DNA of 38,953 bases. Source: a virus (taxonomy: Duplodnaviria > Caudoviricetes). Position numbers and translations under genes: made by a program. Location: IMG/VR virus record IMGVR_UViG_3300048838_001824, positions 1-38,953 of that record; one strand, 5' to 3'. This document shows positions 1 to 8,166 of this stretch, piece after piece (position 1 is the stretch's first letter; each line of letters begins with the position of its first letter). Below the pieces are notes generated by a model. It saw nothing but the letters and a program-made list of their open reading frames with translations, was not told the origin of the DNA and searched no databases.

Positions 1-1041
1 TCAGTCCGCCTTTCCGGGGTGAATCCCGAAGCCAGCCAGGGTGTCCCGCAACGCGGCCCGATCGCCGGGCAGGTACGGGTCAATCTCGTGTGAGGTGTAG
101 AGGTCGGTCACGCTGCGCATCCCGTGACCGAGGTAGAGGCGGATCCGACTCGGCGGAATCCGCGCGAGCTCGCAGAGGTGCGCGAAACCCCGCCGGAGTC
201 CGTGGGGCGTGCAGTTCGGTGCGTCGATCACGGCGCGGATCGTCTCGGACCAGCGCTTCACCGACAGGCCCGGCGGCACGGGCGCGCCCACCAGTGGTAC
301 GACGCGGTGCCGCCCCCGACGCTTCAAGCCGCGGATCTCGACGCGGTCCGCGTGCACGACGAAGCCATCCTCCCAGTATTCCTTTCGGCCCATCCCCGTC
401 AGGTACATGGACCAGAGCTCGGCCGCACGCGCCGGGGGCAGCATCCCCGCCCACGTGGCCACCTCGGTCGGCCGCGGTGCGCTGATGGACGCCGAGCGCC
501 GCACGGTGAGCGTGGGGACGGCTTGCACCTCGACGTACAGGCGATGGGCGCGCGTGAGCGTGTCGCGGACGAACGCCTGGGCGTGCGCGCGCGCGAGGTT
601 CACGGTGCGAGGGTGATGGGCATAGCTCTTCCGCAGCGCAAGCAGTGCGGTAGCCAGATGCGCGACAAGCACTGGAGCGGGTGCCACGGTGAGCAGCAGC
701 GCGAGCGTCCGACGGGCAGCACGGCGGTGAGCCTCCCCAGTGACGCCCTCGAGCCACGATCGCCATGCCTCGTCCAATGGCACGAGCAGCTCGGCCGACG
801 GGAGTCGATGCACCTCGCGGCGACGCCAGTACGGAAAGACCTCCAGCGGTGTGAGTACGCCGTCGCGGATCGCCTCCAGTATGTCGGCGTGTCCGCTCTC
901 CCAGAGGTCGAGTAGCATCGCATCGAGCTGGTGGAAGCGCCGCAGCTCGCGCGTGCCCGACGCGACGCGAATGCGGATGCGCCCACCGAACACCCGGCGG
1001 AGCTCCAGCGTGCCACGGCCCGATCCCGAACGGCTCGGCAT
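1..1041 (-). CDS. int: Tyrosine recombinase / phage integrase
   Basis: 346 aa with box II HGLRRGF, LGH and a downstream Tyr (DLY). Box I-like LTGMGRKEY and catalytic Lys region RGLKRRGR are present. Confidence 0.9.
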   Translation of the reverse strand: MPSRSGSGRGTLELRRVFGGRIRIRVASGTRELRRFHQLDAMLLDLWESGHADILEAIRDGVLTPLEVFPYWRRREVHRLPSAELLVPLDEAWRSWLEGVTGEAHRRAARRTLALLLTVAPAPVLVAHLATALLALRKSYAHHPRTVNLARAHAQAFVRDTLTRAHRLYVEVQAVPTLTVRRSASISAPRPTEVATWAGMLPPARAAELWSMYLTGMGRKEYWEDGFVVHADRVEIRGLKRRGRHRVVPLVGAPVPPGLSVKRWSETIRAVIDAPNCTPHGLRRGFAHLCELARIPPSRIRLYLGHGMRSVTDLYTSHEIDPYLPGDRAALRDTLAGFGIHPGKAD

Positions 1042-1286
1042 CAGGCGGCATCCGCGCGTGAGGGGGCCATGACGGCGAGCAGGTCACCCACACGGTAGGC
1101 GTGTGCACTGCCAGGGACGTTGGCCGGCTGGAGTCCGGCAGCGTGCCGCGCGAACCACGAATGCATCGCCGACAGCCCACAGCCCGCGAGAGCCGCCAGC
1201 TCACGGCGCGTGATCAGCGCGTCTACGCCACGCGCGCGCAGCTCCACGAGCAGATCGCCACGTACGGCGGAGCAGCGCTTAGGCAT
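1041..1286 (-). CDS. Small HTH DNA-binding protein, putative excisionase
   Basis: 81 aa from ATG 1286. LITRRELAALAGCGLSAMHSWF...AYRVGDL resembles a MerR/HTH_17-type Xis. Its stop overlaps the int start (TGATG). Confidence 0.65.
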   Translation of the reverse strand: MPKRCSAVRGDLLVELRARGVDALITRRELAALAGCGLSAMHSWFARHAAGLQPANVPGSAHAYRVGDLLAVMAPSRADAA

Positions 1287-1497
1287 CGCTCGTCTCGGAG
1301 GTGGGGGTGGGATGCTCGCGCCGTTCCTGCCAGAACTTGAAGGCGGCGAACCCAACCAGTAGCGGCCAGAACGCCACGACGAGAACCAACCCGCCGAGTC
1401 CCGGCTCGGCTTCGTCGAACTCCCCCACCACAACCATCAGGACGCCGACGTAGCAGGACAGGCCGATGACCAAATAAAGGGCCAAAATCGTCATCAC
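1279..1497 (-). CDS. Small two-TM membrane protein
   Basis: 72 aa with two hydrophobic stretches, overlapping both neighbours. Confidence 0.65.
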   Translation of the reverse strand: MMTILALYLVIGLSCYVGVLMVVVGEFDEAEPGLGGLVLVVAFWPLLVGFAAFKFWQERREHPTPTSETSDA

Positions 1498-1940
1498 CCC
1501 TCCCCGGTGAGTGCGGCGAGGCGGGCGTACTTCTCAGCAGTGGGATGTCCGTCCCACTTGCGCCCCGCCTCCCGTGGCAAGTGCGCGAAGTTCGGTAGCT
1601 CGCTGTCGTGTATGTGCCAAGTCGCCTGCCCCGTCGGTAGGTCGATGAACACGATCCACCGCCAGTCGTCCTCCCATTCCTCCTCGGCAGGGTGACGCTC
1701 AAGCGAGGCGGGGAACATCTTCGAGAGCGCTGCGACCAACGCGTTGCGCTCGGTGTAGGCGGCGTTCTTGGCGGCATCCAGCTCCAGCACGCGGCGTGCG
1801 AGCGCGACTGCCTTGAGGTGCCGCTTCCAAACCGACACCGGCTCACGCGAGAGGATGATCTTCGAGCTGTCGGTCGGCAGCCCCGCGTACTCCCGCACCT
1901 CTTCCATCGTCAACTCATCCATCTCGTCCCCCCAGGTCAA
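1494..1940 (-). CDS. Phage WDGH-motif protein
   Basis: AYTERNALVAAL...WIVFIDLPTGQATWH...WDGHPTAEKYARL matches the widespread phage WDGH-type family as I recall it. The exact start is uncertain (1940 or 1922). Confidence 0.75.
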   Translation of the reverse strand: MTWGDEMDELTMEEVREYAGLPTDSSKIILSREPVSVWKRHLKAVALARRVLELDAAKNAAYTERNALVAALSKMFPASLERHPAEEEWEDDWRWIVFIDLPTGQATWHIHDSELPNFAHLPREAGRKWDGHPTAEKYARLAALTGEG

Positions 1941-2562
1941 TCAGGATTGTCTCGCGCGCGCGATTGACCGCGGCCATGCGCTCCTCGGTACCACCGACAT
2001 CGGGGTGCGCGACCTTCGCGGCCTCCCGGTAGTACAGATCGAGGTTCGCCCGCGTGCGGTGCTCGCGCGCCATCTCGTAGTCAGGTTCGCCGGTTGCGAT
2101 GTCGATCAGCAGGCGCCACGCAGCTTCCACCTTGGTTGTCATCGACGTGCTCGCCGGGATCGCCGTCCACCCGCGGTACTGCTCTCCACGAACCGAGCAG
2201 CCGTAGCGATCGACCTTTCGCAGCGCTTCGAGTGAGAGCGCGATCGCACGGATGTTGTCCTGCCATGAGGTGTAAGTGCCGCACGGCATCATCAGCGGGC
2301 CGTGCACCGTGTCGGCGTAGAGGACAACGCGCCGGCCCTGCGACTTCGCGTTCGCCCGGAGCGTTCCATCGAGCCGGAGGTCCTGCGAGCGGACGTCGAT
2401 CTCGAGCACCACGTTCTTCGCGTTGAGGTGAGCCAGCTCGCGCAGCAGCAGGTCCTCGCTCTGCGAGTAGTTGGCCTTGAACGGCGAATGCGTGGGATGC
2501 TCCGGCATCCCCTGCGGCCACTCGGAGATCGGGCGCACGGTGTAGCTCACAGTGCTACGCAT
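1915..2562 (-). CDS. Phage protein with C-terminal truncated J-domain (HPD motif)
   Basis: From ATG 2562. DNIRAIALSLEALRKVDRYG core, then YREAAKVAHPDVGG...MAAVNRA. Confidence 0.85.
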   Translation of the reverse strand: MRSTVSYTVRPISEWPQGMPEHPTHSPFKANYSQSEDLLLRELAHLNAKNVVLEIDVRSQDLRLDGTLRANAKSQGRRVVLYADTVHGPLMMPCGTYTSWQDNIRAIALSLEALRKVDRYGCSVRGEQYRGWTAIPASTSMTTKVEAAWRLLIDIATGEPDYEMAREHRTRANLDLYYREAAKVAHPDVGGTEERMAAVNRARETILIDLGGRDG

Positions 2563-2722
2563 CGCGGCCTCCTGGCTGATCCACCTGCTCGGGGTCGGTC
2601 TCGTCGAGTGCGACCATGCCGTCCCAGTTGATGACCCCGTCGAGCACCCAGCGGAGCAAGCGCCCGATCGCGCAACCGGCCACGAAGGTGAAGACGACCC
2701 ACCAGACCCAGCTAATCCGCAT
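2555..2722 (-). CDS. Small membrane protein
   Basis: 55 aa MRISWVWWVVFTFVAGCAIGRLL with an acidic tail. Overlaps both neighbours. Confidence 0.55.
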   Translation of the reverse strand: MRISWVWWVVFTFVAGCAIGRLLRWVLDGVINWDGMVALDETDPEQVDQPGGRDA

Positions 2723-2975
2723 CGTCGGCCTCCGGTGGTGCGTCGGCCGCAATGACTGGGAGGCCGAGGAAGGTCGAAGGCTCCAGCGTGCCGGTGCACT
2801 CGTGCAGCACCACGCGCGGGACGTAGAGCACCCCGCGCCCATCGATCATCAGCTCGCTCCGCCGCGCCGTCGGGCGCACTTCGACGGGGGCGATGCCATG
2901 CACCCGCTTGTGCTCTGCGACCAGCGTCCGAATCTCTCGGAAGACCGGCAGCTCCTGCGTCGTATCGTCAGACAT
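2712..2975 (-). CDS. Hypothetical protein
   Basis: 87 aa from ATG 2975 (MSDDTTQELPVFRE), filling the gap between coupled genes. Confidence 0.6.
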   Translation of the reverse strand: MSDDTTQELPVFREIRTLVAEHKRVHGIAPVEVRPTARRSELMIDGRGVLYVPRVVLHECTGTLEPSTFLGLPVIAADAPPEADDAD

Positions 2976-3846
2976 GGGGCACACTCGTCGGTGTCGCGTA
3001 GCCCAGATCCAGCATCCGCTGGATCTTCTCGCGCGTGAAGTCGAGCGCGTCGCCGAAGTCTTCGGGTGGGGCGACGACCGTGGACCGGATCGTCGCGTAG
3101 CCAGGGCGGTGATTCTTTGCGCGCAGGCTCGCGAGGTCCTCCTGGTAGACCTCGTTGAGCGTGATCGCCAACGAGCGCTTGGCGACATCCAGCGTGCGGC
3201 GCCATGGCCCCCTCGCTGGTGCGAGCGTCAACGGTGACGCGAGGTAGACCCAGAGCTCCTTCTCAGGGTCCGGGTGATCCTTCAGCCAGGTGACCGCCTC
3301 CTTGAGTGGGGTCTGGTCGCGCAGCCCACCGTCGATGTAGTGCCACCCGGCGATCGGTACCGGCGGGAAGTACACCGGCATGCTCGCGCTCGCGAGGATC
3401 GCGGCGTGCACGTACCGGCTGCTCCCGTCGAAGCGCGCGTACTCTCCCGACTCCAGCTCGACGGTGCCGCACGAGAAGTGTGCGCCGGCCGCGAGGCGCA
3501 TCGGGTCGATGTGCTGGCGGATCAGGGCGTCCAGCGGCGCGGGATCGAACAGGGCTGCGCCTCGGACGGCGCGCCACGCCATCGCGGGCCACCAGCGCGA
3601 GCCGCGGTAGATGTCTCCATTCCCCTGGATGCGTGCATAGATCTTCGTGGCGCGCCCGAGGAGTCGGTACTGCCCGCCCCGGGTCCGGCTCTGGGCACAC
3701 AGCGCCGCCGTGAGGTTGCCAGTCGAGACGCCGAACCACGCATCCCCATGCAGATCGGGGTGATCGTCGAAGGCGCGGCGGAGGGCGCCGACTTGGAAGG
3801 CACCCTTCACACCCCCGCCGCTCAGGACCATCGCACGGACCGTCAT
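2968..3846 (-). CDS. Patatin-like phospholipase
   Basis: Oxyanion loop LSGGGVKG, nucleophile elbow GVSTG, ASASMP and catalytic DGG are all intact. Confidence 0.93.
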   Translation of the reverse strand: MTVRAMVLSGGGVKGAFQVGALRRAFDDHPDLHGDAWFGVSTGNLTAALCAQSRTRGGQYRLLGRATKIYARIQGNGDIYRGSRWWPAMAWRAVRGAALFDPAPLDALIRQHIDPMRLAAGAHFSCGTVELESGEYARFDGSSRYVHAAILASASMPVYFPPVPIAGWHYIDGGLRDQTPLKEAVTWLKDHPDPEKELWVYLASPLTLAPARGPWRRTLDVAKRSLAITLNEVYQEDLASLRAKNHRPGYATIRSTVVAPPEDFGDALDFTREKIQRMLDLGYATPTSVPHV

Positions 3847-4094
3847 CGGATCGCTCCTTCCGTGGCCACGCGCTCCGTCCGCACCAGTCGATAGCCGGAC
3901 TCGCGGGTCCGGAAGACCGAGCGCACCCCGCGAAAGACGCAGGGTGCCTCGACCGTCACGGTCGCGCGGCCATAGACGTACCGAGTACCGCCGATCTCAC
4001 GGCTCCATTCGTCGCCACGGTCGACGGTCTCGGTGTTGTGCAGCGGACCGCCGACCACCGGGAGGAGCGTCTCCTTGGTGCCTCCCGGATTCAT
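3843..4094 (-). CDS. Hypothetical protein
   Basis: 83 aa with a VGGPLH motif typical of small phage beta-proteins. ATGA overlaps at both ends. Confidence 0.65.
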   Translation of the reverse strand: MNPGGTKETLLPVVGGPLHNTETVDRGDEWSREIGGTRYVYGRATVTVEAPCVFRGVRSVFRTRESGYRLVRTERVATEGAIR

Positions 4095-4687
4095 TCCTCG
4101 TCGTCCTCGTCTTCGGTGGACTCGCCCGCCGGATCCTCGGCATCGGTCACCCGCGCCACGCCGCCGGCGAAGAGCGGACCATGCTCCGTCTTGAGCTCGT
4201 GCTGCTCGGCGAAGAGCGGGCGGATGCGCTCAAGCAGGACCGCCGCGTCACCCAGCAGGGCGCGCGCTTCGGCGTCGCGGCTCATGTCCTGGAGGCGCTT
4301 GGCCTCCTTGGTCAACATCTCGCCGTAGTTGGTGATGGCGACCCGGAGCATCGCGCGCTCCTTGCCCGTGAAGGGCTCCTGCGCCCGACGCGACGCCTCC
4401 TCACGCGCATCGATCAGATCCTCGCGGTACCGCTCACCGAGACGACGGACCCGCGTCTCGAGACCGCGCGCAATCCCCTGCATCGTTTGCGCATCCCGAT
4501 ACGTGAGCCCGATTGCCTCGGCGCCGTCCGGCTGGCGCTGCTCGTCGGCCACCTTGGTCTCGTACTCTTCGATCGCGATCAGCAGCTCGTCGTACCCACG
4601 GTCCAACGTGTCCAGCACCTCGAACTCCAGATCCGTGATGGGCGACTGTTCGGCGTTCGCCTCAGGCGAGGATTCCTTCGTGGTCAT
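4091..4687 (-). CDS. Hypothetical acidic helical protein
   Basis: 198 aa from ATG 4687 (MTTKESS), with an ATGA overlap with the upstream frame. Confidence 0.7.
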   Translation of the reverse strand: MTTKESSPEANAEQSPITDLEFEVLDTLDRGYDELLIAIEEYETKVADEQRQPDGAEAIGLTYRDAQTMQGIARGLETRVRRLGERYREDLIDAREEASRRAQEPFTGKERAMLRVAITNYGEMLTKEAKRLQDMSRDAEARALLGDAAVLLERIRPLFAEQHELKTEHGPLFAGGVARVTDAEDPAGESTEDEDDEE

Positions 4688-4984
4688 GATCCAGCCTCCG
4701 CGCCCCGGGGGCGCATGATGGGAGAGACCGCTGGCCACGATTCCGGACCGGCGGCGGGAGTGATGTGTTGATCGGGGAAATGGTCACGGGCCCCGGCCCG
4801 TTGCAGGTCGTCCGCGAGCGCGAAGCAGAGGTCGACCGAATACTCCGGTCGGTGCGCGCGGATCATGCACGCGCCGAGGAAGCGAACGTCACGCGCGGTC
4901 AGCACGAGGACCTCCCGGGCGGATGACGCCGATCCACTGGTGCGGGGCGCCGGCGGGGCACGTGACATAGATGGTCTGGGTCAC
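4684..4984 (-). pseudogene. ~100-codon gene with a 1-nt frameshift near 4914-4919
   Basis: GTG 4984 overlaps the upstream TGA and TGA 4684 overlaps the downstream ATG. The span is 301 nt, and the two frames join as ...WIGVIRP/EVLVLTARDV.... Confidence 0.55.
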
Positions 4985-5184
4985 GGGGTCGCCCCTTCCG
5001 GTGGCGGTGCGGGCGCTTCGAGATCCACCCCGGCCGCGAGCGCGACCCGACGCAGGAACGCCAGGTATTCGTCGGTCTTCGCGAGGTCGGCCGCGAGACG
5101 CGCACGGCGATCGACCACCTCCGCGTGCGCCTCGGGCAGGGTGTCGTGCAGGAACCGGGGGAGGTTGCCGGTCGCGGTGGTCAC
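4981..5184 (-). CDS. Hypothetical protein
   Basis: 67 aa helical ORF with GTGA overlaps at both ends. Confidence 0.6.
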   Translation of the reverse strand: MTTATGNLPRFLHDTLPEAHAEVVDRRARLAADLAKTDEYLAFLRRVALAAGVDLEAPAPPPEGATP

Positions 5185-6218
5185 GGGGCGTCACCGTCCT
5201 CGGCCGCGAGCTGACGATCGAGCTCGAGGTCCTCGTCGGTCGGCTGCAACGCTTCGGGGACCTGCGCGAAGGACGCGGCGTCGGTCGAGGACGGCGCCGG
5301 CTTCTCCGTCTCTGCCTGCTGCACCTTCTTCGCGACGCGCTCCTTGAGTCCCGACGTGCCGCGCGCGCTCTTCGTGGTGGCAGCGCCCTCGCCGTGCTTC
5401 GCCTCCATGATCTCGACCCACCGCGCCTCGCCGTCCTTGAGCGCGGCGTACACGGTGCGGAGCTCGAGGAGTTCTGGCTGCGTCATCTGGTCGAGCGGGT
5501 GGCCGAGGTACTCCACGATCTGATCCGGCCCGACCCCCTGCGCGAAGAACGCATCAACCAGCTTCTTGCGTGCGGTGGTCGGGTCCTTGGCGTCCTCGTC
5601 CCGGAGCGTGGCGACGACCTGCTCCATCGCCTCCTCCAGGATGTCCGCCGGGAGGATGCGCAGGATGCCATTCCGGATGTGCTTCGAGATCGCCGCCTGC
5701 TGCTTCGTGAGGATCTCGTCCTCGGTAGCTTCGACCAGGTACGTGACCTCACCCTGGCTGTTGGTCCGCGAGGAGATGGCCACCTGCCCGCGCCGCAGAC
5801 TCTTCCGCTCGACGACCTTCTGCAGGGCGATGTCGGCCGAGTAGGAGAGGTTGCTCTCGAGGTCCGTGACGGTGACGCGCACGACGCGCCGCGTCTCGTC
5901 GTCGAAGAGCGTCGGCGTCTCGACGAGCAGGTTGCCGAGTGCGCGGCCCGCCTCCTCGGCGAAGCGGATCGACGCACCGACCACGCGCCCGTTGCCGACC
6001 GGCTTCGCGTAGCGCGCCGTCGAGGCGAACCCCGGACGCTTCGCGGCCTGCATCAGTCGCACACGCACGGTGTCGATGTTGCGCGGCCGGAAGAGCGCCA
6101 TCTGGTAGCGGGCCTGCACGGCGGCACGAGCTTGCGCCGCGGCCGCCGTCACCGCCGTCTCGCCGCTCGGCGCAAGCTCGGTGTCCTCGCCGAGGTGCTC
6201 CATGGCGGTGCCGGTCAT
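5181..6218 (-). CDS. Putative single-strand annealing/recombination protein (YqaJ partner)
   Basis: 345 aa from ATG 6218. RYAKPVG..GASIRFAEE motif, coupled directly downstream of the YqaJ exonuclease, with an acidic C-terminal tail. Function inferred from context. Confidence 0.65.
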   Translation of the reverse strand: MTGTAMEHLGEDTELAPSGETAVTAAAAQARAAVQARYQMALFRPRNIDTVRVRLMQAAKRPGFASTARYAKPVGNGRVVGASIRFAEEAGRALGNLLVETPTLFDDETRRVVRVTVTDLESNLSYSADIALQKVVERKSLRRGQVAISSRTNSQGEVTYLVEATEDEILTKQQAAISKHIRNGILRILPADILEEAMEQVVATLRDEDAKDPTTARKKLVDAFFAQGVGPDQIVEYLGHPLDQMTQPELLELRTVYAALKDGEARWVEIMEAKHGEGAATTKSARGTSGLKERVAKKVQQAETEKPAPSSTDAASFAQVPEALQPTDEDLELDRQLAAEDGDAP

Positions 6219-7243
6219 GCGGCACCACCCTGCGCAGCCGTGAACCGGAACGGCCGCGAACCGGCCTTGATCGTGGTGTGCGCGGCGATCAGCTCGGCAG
6301 TCGCGCCGGCTTCCTTCGCCACGGCCTTCCAGTCGGTCGCCTGCCCCTCGCGGTTCTGCTTCCACGAGATCTTGCCCCACGGCCCGACGGCGCCGGCCCG
6401 TTCACCGATCCGCGCCTTGATGCGTGCTTCGATCTCGTCCGCCTGCTCCTGCGCGACGGCCAGATCGGCGCGCGCCTGGACGAGGGCGACGGCGAGGTCG
6501 TTGACGTCCGGATCGTTCTCGAGCAGGTCCTCACGCGCCTGCCGGAGCATCTTCCCGATCAGCGCGTTGTCTGCCGCCATCGGCTCCGGACGGATACCTG
6601 CCTCGACGCCGAGCCAGAAGACGCCGAGCTCGGGAAGGAAGGTGTCGAGCAGTTCCTGATCACGACGGAGCGTGTACGTGCGGAAGTCGTTGCCACCGAT
6701 CAGGACCGCGACGTCCCACCGATCGAGCCCGGTGACATGCATCGCATAGTGGCATTGCAGGGCGTAGGCGTCAGGCACCTGATCGGTGCCGTCCTCGCCC
6801 CAGAGGTGCGCGACCGCGCGATCGGCCGTCTTGCACTCGAGGCCATAGAGCCAGGAGGCCGGGTTCTCGCCATTCGCGCTGGCGAGATGGACCATCCCGT
6901 CGGGAGAGCAGACCTGCCAGTCGATGGACGGATGCTGAATGCGGCCGACCACCGAGCCCGGCACGACATCGAGACCGCCAGGTGCGGCGATCTTCTCGAT
7001 GTAGGCCCGACGGACGGCGTCTTCAAGCCGGGTGCCCCATTCGGTGAAGGCGGAACCCTCGAACTCCGGGACCTCGCCGCGCTTGCGGAGGTGTACCACC
7101 AGCGGGGTGGCGTACTTGGAGAGGCCGAGGACAGCGGCGATCTCGCTGGCACCGAGGAAGGCGCGGCGATCGCTGTCGAGGGGGAGCCGCCGGATGGCAC
7201 GCCCGAGGGGCGCGTAGGCGGGGTGCACTGCGGGTGACGTCAT
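6215..7243 (-). CDS. YqaJ-like (lambda-exonuclease family) recombinase nuclease
   Basis: LGASEIAAVLGLSKY, WGTRLE, SPDG, LECKT and Y.LQC.YAMHVTG motifs. Confidence 0.93.
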   Translation of the reverse strand: MTSPAVHPAYAPLGRAIRRLPLDSDRRAFLGASEIAAVLGLSKYATPLVVHLRKRGEVPEFEGSAFTEWGTRLEDAVRRAYIEKIAAPGGLDVVPGSVVGRIQHPSIDWQVCSPDGMVHLASANGENPASWLYGLECKTADRAVAHLWGEDGTDQVPDAYALQCHYAMHVTGLDRWDVAVLIGGNDFRTYTLRRDQELLDTFLPELGVFWLGVEAGIRPEPMAADNALIGKMLRQAREDLLENDPDVNDLAVALVQARADLAVAQEQADEIEARIKARIGERAGAVGPWGKISWKQNREGQATDWKAVAKEAGATAELIAAHTTIKAGSRPFRFTAAQGGAA

Positions 7244-7358
7244 CTGGACTTTCCTCGCGTGCCCACGTAGGATGTGAGGGTCGTCGGTTCCGTGGGCTAA
7301 CTCCCCGGCGACCATGCCCCCGGCTGCTCGATACAGCGCGGGGGTGTTTCATTGGGTG

Positions 7359-7559
7359 TCAGCTCGTGGGCGGACCGTCGGGCCAAAGGGCCTGGTGGAT
7401 CACGTCCGCGACGGTGACCCGCGCGCCCGCTTCCACCGTCGCCGCTCCGGCCCGGCGGTGGAGGTCGGCGCGCATGGCCTCGGTGAGGGGGACCGGGTAC
7501 GGACGGACGCGGCGTGAACTCTGCGTCTCGGGCGCTTCGGCCTCTGCGGTTGCGGCCAT
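7359..7559 (-). CDS. Small DNA-binding protein (Cro-position, ribbon-helix-helix-like)
   Basis: 66 aa from ATG 7559. The strand-helix-helix pattern PYPVPL-TEAMRADLHRRA-VTVADVIHQAL is divergent from the repressor. Confidence 0.6.
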   Translation of the reverse strand: MAATAEAEAPETQSSRRVRPYPVPLTEAMRADLHRRAGAATVEAGARVTVADVIHQALWPDGPPTS

Positions 7560-7602
7560 CGTGTTGTACCTTTCGTGGGTTGTGCCGAGCGCGTCGGCGT
7601 TG

Positions 7603-7633
7603 TGTACGTTGTCGTAATGTACGATAGCGTACA
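7603..7633. promoter_or_regulatory. Tandem operators TGTACG-N4-CGTA(C/A)(A/T)
   Basis: Perfect-arm palindrome TGTACGatagCGTACA at 7618-7633 and a variant TGTACGttgtCGTAAT at 7603-7618. Confidence 0.65.
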
Positions 7634-7644
7634 CCCCACGTCAA
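7616..7644 (-). promoter_or_regulatory. sigma70-type early promoter TTGACG-N17-TACATT
   Basis: On the minus strand, -35 is at 7644-7639 and -10 at 7621-7616 with exactly 17 nt spacing, upstream of the Cro-like gene. Confidence 0.75.
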
Positions 7645-7659
7645 GAGGAGGCGTACCCG

Positions 7660-8130
7660 TTGGCTGACCGTGACACGCATCTCGCTATATGGCAACGTGT
7701 TAGGTCGCACCTCGAAGGGCGTGGCCTCGACAAGGCCCAGATCGCTCGGGAGACGGGTTTCCCTTACCCCACCGTGAACCGCTGGTGGAGCGAGCGACAC
7801 CTACCCGACCCGTCAGGGCTGCAATCGCTGATTGTTGTGTACGGCCTGAATGGGCATTGGGTGATGACGGGCGAGGGCAGCCCTGACGCGGCCGTGCAAC
7901 AGACTGTGGACAAGGCCGATATCGTCGGCTCAATGGCCTACCAGGCGGGCGGGCGGGCTGCGTTGGCGATGATGGCTGGGGAGATCGAGAAGGCAGTGGC
8001 CGTCGCAAAGAAGGCGTGGAGCGCGCCGGCGCCCGACCCGGACCAGCTGCGCCGCGTGCGCGACGCGGTGGACGTCGTCACCGAGATCCTCGACAAGCCG
8101 CAGACCAAGAAGGGGAGGAAGGCGGGGTGA
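7660..8130 (+). CDS. XRE-family HTH repressor (CI-like, no peptidase domain)
   Basis: LDKAQIARETGFPYPTVNRWWS...P...YGLNGHWVMTGEG. SD GAGGAGG lies 8 nt before the TTG, and the gene is divergent from the early operon. Confidence 0.85.
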   Translation: MADRDTHLAIWQRVRSHLEGRGLDKAQIARETGFPYPTVNRWWSERHLPDPSGLQSLIVVYGLNGHWVMTGEGSPDAAVQQTVDKADIVGSMAYQAGGRAALAMMAGEIEKAVAVAKKAWSAPAPDPDQLRRVRDAVDVVTEILDKPQTKKGRKAG

Positions 8131-8166
8131 GCTGGTGGTGCTACCGGCTCACCCCGCCCGACAGCA

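Noticed and set aside
6205-6218. 14-bp GCGGTGCCGGTCAT shared with the window end (38940-38953) as a possible att or terminal repeat
   Set aside because: Both copies are simply gene starts (MTGTA). The match is short, GC-rich and not at the integrase end.
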